Below are positions 44,384 through 53,661 of a stretch of 64,000 bases of DNA, in pieces. The notes below the pieces were generated by a model. The model was not told the origin of the DNA and did not search any database. It worked only from the letters and a program-made list of their open reading frames with translations. The first letter of the stretch is position 1, and each line of letters opens with the position of its first letter. Source of the DNA: a virus; the IMG/VR virus record IMGVR_UViG_2889849113_000003, positions 3,716-67,715 of that record; one strand, 5' to 3'. Position numbers and translations under genes: made by a program.

Positions 44384-46312
44384 GGTGCGATCTCCTGCCG
44401 CCGCTGCGCGCGGCGGTCTCAATTCACGGGAAGGGGTGAAGGGGGGGCGACTGGCGCTGGCCGGTGGCGCCTGCGCGCCCAGCGCCACGGGCCGCAGCCC
44501 TCGTGCCGCTCGCATGCCTGCCGTGCCGCAACGCGCCCGGATGCGTGCGCACCGCACCAGCTGCTGCGCGAGCCGCGCGCGCCGCGGCCAGGCTGGCGCC
44601 GCGTGGCGCACCCGGACCCGTCGAGCCGGCGGCGCGCTGGCGCTGGTGCGCTCCCGCGCTACCCGGCTTGCCAGGTCCGCGCCGTCGTTGCGCTGCAGCG
44701 TGGCCACGCATTCCGCGATGTCGTCAGCCCAGGTCCTGTAACCGCACCCGGGCACGGCGCCCGCGTGCATGTAGCGCGTGGCGCAGCGCCCGGCGCGGTA
44801 GTCGGCCACGGTCGGCGGCGCCGCGATGCCCCAGACGTGCGCGAGCCATGCGATGGCGCGGCCGATCAACGCATCCACGGCGGCGCGGTCCGCGGCTGGC
44901 GCTGGCGGTTGCGCCGCAGGGGGTGCGCTTTCCACCGGAGCGGGGCCGGGCGCCGTTTCCGCCGCAGGGGGTGGCGCCTGCGCCGCGTCATATTCGGCCA
45001 GGAGCGCATCTGCTGCCGCGTGGTCGAGCTCGCGCGCGTTGATCCGCCGGATCAGGTCGGCCGCGAAGTTGCCCCGCTGGAAAGCCGCGGTTGTCGCGAG
45101 CCGGTCTAGCGCGCCATCGTCGCGCGTGGTGAATCCCTCGCCGACGGCCAGGCGCACGCATTGCGCCATGTCGGCGTGCAACTCGTGCCCGGAGAATCCG
45201 CGCGCGTCGAATCGTTGAATCCGCCACCGGCCGCAGCCGCCCACGTCGGGCAGCACGAATGCCCAGCGCTGGCCGTCGCGATGGCGCAGGATGCCTCCAT
45301 CCGTGAAGTCTCCCGCGGCGCGGATCTCGCGCGCCAGTTGCGCCGCCGCTTCGCGCGCCATGCGAACCAGCGAAGTGACCGGGCGCCCGGGCGCGTAAAG
45401 CGTGGCGGGCCCGGGCGGCGTGGCGGCTTCGCTTTCCATCGGAGCGGGCGCCGCCTCCTGCGCGATCTCGGCCGGTGCGGCGCTTTCCACCGCAGGGGCT
45501 GGCGCACTGGCGCCGCTTTCCACCGAAGCCGGGTCCGCGGCTTCGTGCTCCTGGGTGGTCTCGTGCTGCGCCGCGATGGCGCGCGCTTCGTGATAGGCGC
45601 GGAAGGCGGCCGACTTCGCCGCGTCGCCGCTCAAGCCGTCGCACGCCTCGAAGGCGGCGCGCGCGGCGCGCTGGTCATACTCGGCCGCCTCTTCAATGGC
45701 GCGGATCATCCGCAGCCGGTATCCCTGCTCGAATTCGTCGCGGTGTATCAGTTCCAGCCGCGCGACGGCATCCGCCACGGTGCGCGGCGCGCCCTTGTCG
45801 CGGTTCGGTGCCGCCAGCCCGGACGCCTCGTGAATGATGTAGATATGGCCATCGTCGGCGCCGCGCGTGATAACCCAACGCCGGCCCTCGTGCTCGACGC
45901 GCTGCACGACTTGATGCAGCGCAGGAACGGGGGCATTGCCGAAAAACACCGCGCCGCCGCGGCCCTCCAGCGCGGCCAGCGCTTCAATCCGGGCGCCGGT
46001 CTTGAGCAGCGCGCGTGCCGTGGTGAGGGGGTTTGCAGTGGGCACGGTGCGCGCCGCCGGCTTGCGCCGGGCCTTGCCGTCGAAGGCCGCCGCGTTGCGC
46101 TGCACCTCCTGCGCCAGCGCCAGGAGTCGCGGCCGAGTGTCAAGCACGCGCAATGCGCCGCGCGTGCCGTGCGCGTCGGTGTACTCGAAAGCGACGAAGT
46201 CGGTCGCGGGCCGGCGCGGCGCGTGGCCGCGTGGCGCTTCCGGCGCCGGGCGCGTGAGCGGCGCCACCTCGGCCGCCGCCTTGATGCGTGCAATGAGGTC
46301 CTGTGCGGACAT
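44384..46312 (-). CDS. Large polyvalent-type multi-domain protein; 3' end ambiguous
   Basis: Start MSAQDLIAR; globular modules such as WAFVLPD...WRIQRFDARGFSGH with Ala/Pro linkers. Confidence 0.6.
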
Positions 46313-46382
46313 AACGAAGCCTCCTGCAGCGGCGCGCGTGGCGCCGCCGGGTGAGTGGGGAGCGGAAAACCGGGGAAAGGGG

Positions 46383-46649
46383 TTAGGCCGTGGTCTTGTG
46401 CACCCCGCGCGCCGTCGCCTTGTCGAAGCCGGCCGGCTTGCGGTCGTTGCGGTTCGCCATCTGCAGATCGGCCACATGCGGGCCCGGCGCGGCGGCGCTG
46501 AAACGCGGCAGGTACTCCAGCGCTTCCGCAAAGGTCATCTCCCGGGTTTCCTCGGCCAAGGTGCAGCCCGGGCCAAAGGTCATGGTCACGAAGTGGGCGG
46601 AAAACTCCGCGCGCTGGGCCTTGAAACGAAAGGCGTAGGTCTTGGCCAT
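46383..46649 (-). CDS. Hypothetical protein
   Basis: 88 aa, RBS. Confidence 0.6.
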   Translation of the reverse strand: MAKTYAFRFKAQRAEFSAHFVTMTFGPGCTLAEETREMTFAEALEYLPRFSAAAPGPHVADLQMANRNDRKPAGFDKATARGVHKTTA

Positions 46650-46721
46650 GGTGCGATCTCCTGCAAGGCAGCCGCCGCGGCGCGCGACGGGTTGAGGTGG
46701 AAACGAAAGGGCGGGAAGGGA

Positions 46722-47066
46722 TCAGGCCGCAGCCGTCGTGCCGTAGCGCTTGCGGGCCTTGGCCAGCGTGGCGCGGAATTTCTCGACGCCGACGCGGTCG
46801 GCCAGGTCGGCGACCTGGGCGCGCGCGGCCATCGCGGCGGCGCTTTGCGTGAGGTGCGCACTAGTGCAGGGGCAGCCCTTGTAAGTGCCCCACAAGCGGT
46901 GCACGCGCGCGCCGCTCGCCGGATCGGAAACGATCCATTCGCTTTGCTTGTCCGGCCGATGCAGCGCCAGCGCTTCCGGCGTGCCGTCGATGTCCACGGC
47001 GAGCGGCAAATACTCGACGGCATCGCCGCGCGAGCCGTCCGGGTTGCGGAGGTGGAATTTCGGCAT
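46722..47066 (-). CDS. Hypothetical protein
   Basis: EWIVSDPASG; RBS. Confidence 0.6.
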   Translation of the reverse strand: MPKFHLRNPDGSRGDAVEYLPLAVDIDGTPEALALHRPDKQSEWIVSDPASGARVHRLWGTYKGCPCTSAHLTQSAAAMAARAQVADLADRVGVEKFRATLAKARKRYGTTAAA

Positions 47067-47100
47067 GGTCTGCACTCCTGGGCGGTTGATGCGGAAGGGG

Positions 47101-47340
47101 TCAGGCGCAAGCGCGAAGCGCGGCAATCACGGCCGCCGTGCGCGGGTTCGCCGTCGAGTAGTTGCGCGCGATGCGGTCGGCAAAAGCGGCCAGCGAAAGC
47201 CGCTCGCCGCGCTGCACGAGGTATGCAAAGCAGTCCACGCCATGGCGGGCCGTGGTGAGCGTTTCCGGGTCCGCGTGGGCGGGCAGCGCGGCGCGGGTGG
47301 CGTTGACGCGGTCGCGCTCGACGTAAAAGGGGGTTTGCAT
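47101..47340 (-). CDS. Hypothetical protein
   Basis: Start MQTPFY. Confidence 0.5.
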   Translation of the reverse strand: MQTPFYVERDRVNATRAALPAHADPETLTTARHGVDCFAYLVQRGERLSLAAFADRIARNYSTANPRTAAVIAALRACA

Positions 47341-47348
47341 GCGCCGCC

Positions 47349-47624
47349 TCACGCCTTGCGGATATCGAAGACGGCCAGGCGATACCCGCGGCGCGGCTCG
47401 ACGGTGCACGAGATGGCGACGGGGCCGCACAACAGCTGGTTCAACTCGGCCGCGTCGCGCATCTGACCGGAGCCGATTTGCATGGTCCGGCCGTTGCCGG
47501 CGCGCACCAGCTCGCGGCAGCACTGGAACTTGGCCGCCGGGTCCATGGCATCGAAGGCGGGCAGCGTTGCGCTACCGGCGTAAAAGGCTTGACTCAGCCC
47601 CTTAAGTATCACGGTCACTTTCAC
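47349..47624 (-). CDS. First gene of leftward accessory operon
   Basis: GGAGG RBS, GTG start. Confidence 0.55.
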   Translation of the reverse strand: MKVTVILKGLSQAFYAGSATLPAFDAMDPAAKFQCCRELVRAGNGRTMQIGSGQMRDAAELNQLLCGPVAISCTVEPRRGYRLAVFDIRKA

Positions 47625-47682
47625 GGCAAAACCTCCTGTGTCGGCACCCCTGCGGCGCCGGGTTCGCTTGATGCGTGAACAC

Positions 47683-47711
47683 AGAATAGGCGAACGGCAT
47701 GCAATGCGCAA
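47683..47711 (-). promoter_or_regulatory. Sigma70-like promoter with CATGCC-N3-CGCC spacer
   Basis: TTGCGC-17-TATTCT. Confidence 0.7.
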
Positions 47712-47737
47712 TAGACCATGGCACACAAATGAGTGCA

Positions 47738-47766
47738 TTGCGTTAAACATGCCAAACGCCTAATCT
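47738..47766 (+). promoter_or_regulatory. Sigma70-like promoter with CATGCC-N3-CGCC spacer, divergent partner
   Basis: TTGCGT-17-TAATCT. Confidence 0.7.
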
Positions 47767-47977
47767 TTAGCCATCCGATCAACGCGCCGCCCGGCGCACC
47801 TCGTGGAGGTCGTATGTCGCCGCTTTCGTCAATGGCTCTGGAGTACGCCTTAAACGTCTTGATCCATGCCCGCCACTGCGGCGGCATCGCCGCCAGGCTG
47901 CAAACCGCGGCCCTCATTCACTCGACCGTCAACGCCATCCGCGCCGCACGGCGCGCCATCTGAAAGGACCACGCACC

Positions 47978-48805
47978 ATGAATGCAGACGCTCAAAACGT
48001 CATCGGACTGGGGATCGAATACACCGGCGACATGGCCAACACCCCGGGCCGCGGCGCCGTGGTGGCCGTGCGCGAGGGTTTCGGCGGTCATGCGGCGCTG
48101 GACATCATCTTGAAGGACGGCCGCGAGTGGCGCGCCGTGTCGCCGCTCAGCATCAAGCACCCCGGCGAAGAGGGAAAGCCGGGCGCCCGCTTCCACGCGC
48201 TGCCGCTGGTGCTCACCGCTGAAGAGGTGGCGGAGCTGCAAGCCGGCGCCGCCATGCGCAAGGCCAGCGAAAAGGCCAAGGCCGACGAAGCCGCGGCGCG
48301 CTTTGCGGCCGAGTGCACGCGGCTGCGCCAGGAATTCCCTTACCTGGAGGTCGGCCAGTATTCCAAGACGGCCGCCGCGAACTTGCGCAAGATGCTGAAA
48401 ACCGCGTTCCCGCGGGTCAAATTCTCGGTGCGGTGCGACCATAGCAGCATCAATGTCCGGTGGACCGATGGCCCGACGGCCGCGGCAGTGTGCGAGATCG
48501 CGCACCGCTTCAAGGCGGGGCATTTCGACGGCATGACGGACTGCTACGAATACAGCCGCAGCCCGTGGGGCGAAACCTTCGGCAGTGCCGAATACGTGTT
48601 CGAGCACCGGGAAATTTCGGATGCGCTCCTGGCGCGCGCCATCGAAGCCGCCGCACAGAAGCATGGCCAGAAGGACCGGCCCAGCGTCGCCGACTACCGC
48701 GCCGGGCGCGCGGACCGCGTCAGCCCGTTGTCTGACACCTGGGGCGGCGCCTATTGCTGGCAGTCGATCATTTACCGCACCGTCAACGAGATGGCAGGGG
48801 AGTGA
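47978..48805 (+). CDS. LPD29-like large polyvalent protein-associated domain protein
   Basis: AANLRKMLKTAFPRVKFSVR...VRWTDGPT...HFDGMTDCY. Confidence 0.8.
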   Translation: MNADAQNVIGLGIEYTGDMANTPGRGAVVAVREGFGGHAALDIILKDGREWRAVSPLSIKHPGEEGKPGARFHALPLVLTAEEVAELQAGAAMRKASEKAKADEAAARFAAECTRLRQEFPYLEVGQYSKTAAANLRKMLKTAFPRVKFSVRCDHSSINVRWTDGPTAAAVCEIAHRFKAGHFDGMTDCYEYSRSPWGETFGSAEYVFEHREISDALLARAIEAAAQKHGQKDRPSVADYRAGRADRVSPLSDTWGGAYCWQSIIYRTVNEMAGE

Positions 48806-48807
48806 CC

Positions 48808-49032
48808 ATGGAACGCACCTACTGGCTTTCCGTGCTGCGGCGCCATGACAACCCGGGCCGTTTCAACATCCCCGGGACGGTTTCGGTGCTGGTGCTGCGC
48901 GTCACCGTGGCGCAGCCGCTGGAATGGGTCCGCGCCCACGCCGACGAGATCGCCCAGCGCGCGCACCCGGAGCCGTACTGCGCGCTTTGGCTCGACATGC
49001 AACCGCCGGAAGGGGTGAAGCTGGGCGCCTGA
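48808..49032 (+). CDS. Small hypothetical protein
   Basis: 74 aa. Confidence 0.5.
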   Translation: MERTYWLSVLRRHDNPGRFNIPGTVSVLVLRVTVAQPLEWVRAHADEIAQRAHPEPYCALWLDMQPPEGVKLGA

Positions 49033-49055
49033 TTCGCTGCGCCACCTCACCCGCC

Positions 49056-49085
49056 AGGCCCGCCACGCGCGGGCCTTTTGCTTTT
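49056..49085 (+). terminator. Intrinsic terminator
   Basis: GGCCCGC/GCGGGCC stem plus TTTTGCTTTT. Confidence 0.7.
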
Positions 49086-49569
49086 CCGGGTCTCAATTCC
49101 CGGGAAGGGGTCCGCAAAACCGGGAAAGGGGGTGCGCCAGGCGCGCGGCGCGCTGGGCGTTTCCGCTGCAGGGGGTTGTGAAACCCCGGGAAGGGGTCCG
49201 GCCGTGCGGCGCAGCCGGCCGCCGCTTGGCGCCAGCGCCGGGGCGACGGCACCAGCTGCGCCGGGCGCCCGGGTCGATCTCGGCCAGCGCCGCCAGCGCG
49301 CGCCGCCGCGCCGCGCCAGCGCTGCAGGTCGAGTGCAGCGTGCGCCATGCCGCAGCCGCGCCACTGCGGTGCGGCAGGTCGAGCACTCGCACCAGCGCGC
49401 GCCGCGCCATCTGCCCGGGCCCATGCCCTGGAGTGCTCATGACATGCGGCAGCGCGCGCCGATCAATCGACCGGCGCGCATGCGGCAGCGCTGCACCACT
49501 GGCGCAGCCGCTTCTATTAGTAGCGCGCTGCAGGCTGGCGCGCGCCACTCATTCGAGGGGTAACAGGGC

Positions 49570-49598
49570 TTGTGCATTACATGCCAACCGCCTATTCT
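49570..49598 (+). promoter_or_regulatory. Sigma70-like promoter with CATGCC-N3-CGCC spacer
   Basis: TTGTGC-17-TATTCT. Confidence 0.7.
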
Positions 49599-49804
49599 AC
49601 AGACATGCAAACCGAAGCACGCCAACAAAGCCAAGCCGAACAACCGGCCTGCGCGCGCTTTGGGTCTGGAGTCGCCATGCGCCAGTGGTTCAAGATCGCC
49701 GTTACCGACCGCACGACGGGTGAATACCTCGTGCTCAGTGTGTATGCGCACGACGTGAACGAAGCGGCTGACGTGCCTTCGTGGGCGAAGTTTGAAGCGG
49801 TGCT

Positions 49805-50044
49805 GTGACCATGGAAGCATTGAAGCAAAGCCGCCGCGCAGTGATTGCGTACCTGATCGGCGCCGCCGCTTTCCTTGCGCTGGCCATCTTCGCCGGTATC
49901 CACTGGCGTGAGCCCTTGGCCATGCGGCTTTGCATCGGCGCCGCTCTGGCCGCGCTGGTGCTTTTCGGCATGGCGGAAGGCGAAGCATCGGATTATTTCA
50001 AGCGGAAGGCGAACGGCGGCCGTCTGCCGATTGCCCACTACTGA
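49805..50044 (+). CDS. Small membrane protein
   Basis: Two hydrophobic helices. Confidence 0.6.
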   Translation: MTMEALKQSRRAVIAYLIGAAAFLALAIFAGIHWREPLAMRLCIGAALAALVLFGMAEGEASDYFKRKANGGRLPIAHY

Positions 50045-50054
50045 GGTGCAAGCC

Positions 50055-50423
50055 ATGGAAACCCGTTTTTTCATCGCCGGTGAATTCTTCACGCTGGCGC
50101 AGATGCTGGAAGTCAATTCCGATGCGGAAATGGTCTGCGAATGGCTCAAGTCCGCAAAGCCCGGTGATGTCATGACCGGCTTGCATGAGGAGGAGGTCCG
50201 TTGCGTGGCTGCCGCGCCGCAGGACATGACCGCGCGCGTTCTGCATCTCGCGAATGGCGCTCACGTCGAGTACGAATCGCCGGTCTTCACTTGCGGCGCG
50301 GCAGTGCATGAGGGCATGACTCCGGCGCTTTCGCTCATGCTGTCCGCGCGCGAACTGAGGCACCGCGCCGCAATGATGCTCAAGTCCGCCACGCGGATGG
50401 AACAAGCGGCGCAACTGGTCTGA
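50055..50423 (+). CDS. Hypothetical protein
   Basis: GAGGTG RBS. Confidence 0.6.
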   Translation: METRFFIAGEFFTLAQMLEVNSDAEMVCEWLKSAKPGDVMTGLHEEEVRCVAAAPQDMTARVLHLANGAHVEYESPVFTCGAAVHEGMTPALSLMLSARELRHRAAMMLKSATRMEQAAQLV

Positions 50424-50433
50424 GGTGCAAGCC

Positions 50434-50724
50434 ATGCCAGCAATTGCCAACTACACCCACGCTGCCGAAACCCAGGGGCAGCAACCCGACACGAAGCCGG
50501 GCGCCTACTTCGTGTCCGTCGTCGATGGTCAGCGCGTAGGGCTGCTCTTGGGCCCGTTCGTGGACAACCACGCTGCAGCGCTGGCGCGCGTAGACATGGT
50601 CCGCGCCAAAGCGGAAGAAATGGACTCGCGCGCAGTGTTCTATGCGTTCGGTACTGTGCGGCTTGATGCGGACCACCCGCGCGCCGAGAAGCACGGGATT
50701 CTCAATTCACACTTTGGGATGTGA
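50434..50724 (+). CDS. Hypothetical protein
   Basis: YFVSVVDG...LLGPF..H.AAL. Confidence 0.65.
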   Translation: MPAIANYTHAAETQGQQPDTKPGAYFVSVVDGQRVGLLLGPFVDNHAAALARVDMVRAKAEEMDSRAVFYAFGTVRLDADHPRAEKHGILNSHFGM

Positions 50725-50732
50725 GGTGCGCC

Positions 50733-50900
50733 ATGACTATCGGCGAAGCAATCGAGCACGCAAAGCAGGAGGTGAAAGCTGGCTTTGCTGGGGCGTACAT
50801 GGTCGAGGATGGCCGGGTCTTTGTCCTTTTGGACGATGGCCGCGCATGGCGTGAATTCTGGCCATGTGAGTTTGAATATGACCCGGCTTTTGATCTGTGA
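50733..50900 (+). CDS. 55-aa acidic protein
   Basis: Manual translation MTIGEAIEHAK...EYDPAFDL; GAGGTG RBS. Confidence 0.6.
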   Translation: MTIGEAIEHAKQEVKAGFAGAYMVEDGRVFVLLDDGRAWREFWPCEFEYDPAFDL

Positions 50901-50910
50901 GAGGTGAGCC

Positions 50911-51138
50911 ATGGAACTGACGACTACCTATGCCGCATGGCAACTGGCCGCAAAGAAGATGGTGGCCGATGCCTGCATGGTCGAGTACCGCAAAGCGAAC
51001 GACGGCAAGAAGCGGCATGTACCGTACCGCATCCCGGAGTGGTGCATGCCGCTGCTGAATGCAGTTGAGCGGGACGACGAAGAAGAGACGAAGCGAATAA
51101 TGCACGCCGTGCGCATCGGGTGCCTCACGCTGGTCTAG
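50911..51138 (+). CDS. Small hypothetical protein
   Basis: 75 aa, GAGGTG RBS. Confidence 0.6.
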   Translation: MELTTTYAAWQLAAKKMVADACMVEYRKANDGKKRHVPYRIPEWCMPLLNAVERDDEEETKRIMHAVRIGCLTLV

Positions 51139-51160
51139 CGTCACCTCACCTCAGCAGCGA

Positions 51161-51189
51161 AGCCCGGGACAGCCCGGGCTTTTGCTTTT
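51161..51189 (+). terminator. Intrinsic terminator
   Basis: AGCCCGGG-ACAG-CCCGGGCT plus TTTGCTTTT. Confidence 0.75.
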
Positions 51190-51989
51190 GTGCCCCCCAA
51201 TGGCCCGGCTTGCCCGGGCTTTCGTGCGTCTGGGCCCAGCGTGGCGCGCGCGGCATGGATCGACAGGAGCGGCCAGCGCTGGCGCAGTGTGGCGGGATGC
51301 CGCAGGCACCAGCGCTGCGGATCGGCGCGGCTTGCCATGGCTTGCAGTGGGGACGCCAGTGCAGGGAGTGGCGTCCCCACTCGGCCAGCGGCAGGCACCA
51401 GCGCGCGGCAGGAGATCGCAGGAGCGGCGCGCCACGGGCAACCCGGGCCACGCCAGCCACGGCACGGCATGCGCGCGGCAGCATCAAGCGGCAGGCACTC
51501 GGCCAGCGCGCGGCAGGGATGCCCGGGCCCGGTGCTGGCGCGGCGCGCGTGCTCGAGATCGCATGCTTGCATGCTGGCGCGCGCTGGAACTCCGCGCCCG
51601 GGTCGAGTCAGGCAGCCATGCGCCGCGCGCTGGTGCTGGTGCTGGTGCGCCAGCGTGGCCAGGGTCAAGCGGCGCGGCGCGCGTGCTCACCTCGGCCAGC
51701 GCATACCGGCGCAGGAGGTGGCGCGCGTGCTCAGGTCGAGCGGCGCGCGTGGACTCGGCCAGCATCAAACGGCGCGCGCTGGTGCGGATCGGCAGTCAAT
51801 CGAGCGGCGCGGCAGCTGGTGCGGTAGGAGCAGGAGCGGCAGGGATGCGGCGCGCCGATTCGGCCAGCGCCAGCGCCACGCATCAAGCGGCAGGAGGTGC
51901 GGCGCGGCGCGCGCCACCTTGGCCAGTGCTGGCGCGGCAGGGGTGAGCGGCAGGGGAGCAGGGGAGCGGCGCGCGGCGCGCTGGCGCGG

Positions 51990-52100
51990 CCAGCCGCCAC
52001 CCCCGGGGCGGCGCCAGGTCTTGCCAGCCTGCGATTACAACACCACCTGTCTATCCCTTTTCGCACCGCCGAGGGATAGAGGAAAAATTTTGGGCACGCG
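51990..52100. other. Candidate cos/packaging region
   Basis: Non-coding; CCCCCGGGG then TTTTCGCACCGCCG and AAAAATTTT, upstream of HNH-terS-terL. Confidence 0.35.
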
Positions 52101-52212
52101 CACACATGGGTTTTTATCCAGTATTTCGCCCTGAAAGCGAAAATGGCGAGGCTCGGAAGTGCTTGCAACACCACCGAGCCTCTTTCCACCCCAACCTGTT
52201 TGAGAGGTTGAA

Positions 52213-53421
52213 ATGGACGACGGCAACTATAAGCGCCTGAAGGTCGGCGCACTGCAAGGCTCACTGCGTTGGCTGGTTTATTGTTCACGCCCAGGGCGGG
52301 GTGGGCCACGCCCCAACTCTGGTGGCAAGCGGCCTGGCGCGGGTCGGCCGCGCAAGCATCCGATTGATGAACCCAAGAAGCCGCGTACCAAGCAATGCGT
52401 GATCTGCGGGGCTGACTACGCCGTGACTCGGGGCAGGCAGAAGTATTGCGTCCCGTGCGGGACGGAGCGATGTCTGTCGCAGCACCGCAGTCGGCATGCC
52501 TGCGAACATCCGAAGCCGCTTTTCAGCAATGGCCGCGAGCGCAAGCACTGCTATGACTGCGTCCCGGCGCCGCCGAAAAAGCCCAAAAAGCCAAAGCCTG
52601 AACCAAGGCGCGTCCGGCGCTACGGCTGCCTCGTCGAAGGCTGCCAAGGCAAGCATGACTCGCTAGGCTATTGCACGCGGCACTATGAGCACATCAAGCG
52701 TTTTGGTGAAATTCGGGAAGACGCAACGCACTGCCGACACTGCGGGATAGAGATAAGTGTCAAAAATGTCAAGAGGATGTATTGCAGTAAGCGATGCGCC
52801 ACTGAAGCCTGGAGAATAGCAAATCCAGAGCGCACGCGGGAGTTTGAGAAGAAGCATTCTCAGCAAACATATTGCACATACTATGCAATTTATTGTTCTG
52901 ATTGTGGAGAAGCATTCGGCAGTCGTCGGATGAAGTCGCGATGCGATCCGTGCAGAACAGAGTATGAGCGAGTCAAAAGCAGCGAAAGTAATTACGCCGC
53001 CAATCTCAAGAAGCATAATGATGCCGGCGCTGTAGTGAAATGCAAAGAATGTGGAATTGAGTATTGTCCGTTATACGGAAACAAGGGGCGAGACTTGTGT
53101 TTTGATTGCGCCCGCGCCAGAAAAAGAGCGGCAGTGCGCATAAGCAAAGTGGCTCGAAAGATGCGCCAAAGAGGCGTGACCTCGGAGCCTGTCAATCCGA
53201 TAAAGGTATTTGAGCGCGACGGGTGGCGCTGCCACCTGTGCAGGCGCAAGACGCCAAAATCGAAGCGCGGAACTTATGCGGACAATGCGCCTGAATTAGA
53301 TCACATTCTTCCAATATCTCAGGGCGGCAAGCACGCATATTCAAATGTCGCCTGCTGTTGCCGCAAGTGCAATTGGGACAAGGGCGCCAAGCCGCTGGGA
53401 CAGCTTCTGCTGATCGGCTGA
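52213..53421 (+). CDS. Multi-Zn-finger HNH homing endonuclease
   Basis: Many CxxC pairs; FERDGWRCHLC...LDHILP...CRKCNWDKG; visibly more AT-rich than neighbours. Confidence 0.85.
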   Translation: MDDGNYKRLKVGALQGSLRWLVYCSRPGRGGPRPNSGGKRPGAGRPRKHPIDEPKKPRTKQCVICGADYAVTRGRQKYCVPCGTERCLSQHRSRHACEHPKPLFSNGRERKHCYDCVPAPPKKPKKPKPEPRRVRRYGCLVEGCQGKHDSLGYCTRHYEHIKRFGEIREDATHCRHCGIEISVKNVKRMYCSKRCATEAWRIANPERTREFEKKHSQQTYCTYYAIYCSDCGEAFGSRRMKSRCDPCRTEYERVKSSESNYAANLKKHNDAGAVVKCKECGIEYCPLYGNKGRDLCFDCARARKRAAVRISKVARKMRQRGVTSEPVNPIKVFERDGWRCHLCRRKTPKSKRGTYADNAPELDHILPISQGGKHAYSNVACCCRKCNWDKGAKPLGQLLLIG

Positions 53422-53613
53422 CACACATGAAACGCGCAACGTCTTGACGGCAGGCGTTGCGTGTGCAAGCAAACAGCGCATAGAATCGCGCCACGTCCCG
53501 TTCCGGTGCTGCCTGCGGGAACGAATTCGCCGCCGTGGTTGACGGCCCCCGCCACCCTCAAGGGCGGAGCGTTCCCGGGCGAATCCTGAAGGCCAGCACC
53601 GAACCGAATCACC

Positions 53614-53646
53614 AAGCCCGCCGCGCGCACGCCCGGCGGGCTTTTT
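53614..53646 (+). terminator. Intrinsic terminator
   Basis: GCCCGCCG/CGGCGGGC stem plus T5. Confidence 0.65.
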
Positions 53647-53661
53647 CATGTCCGGCTCGCC

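Noticed and set aside
51141-51990. Protein-coding genes in the GC-rich tract before the candidate cos
   Set aside because: ORFs in all frames are low-complexity with no RBS or motif support
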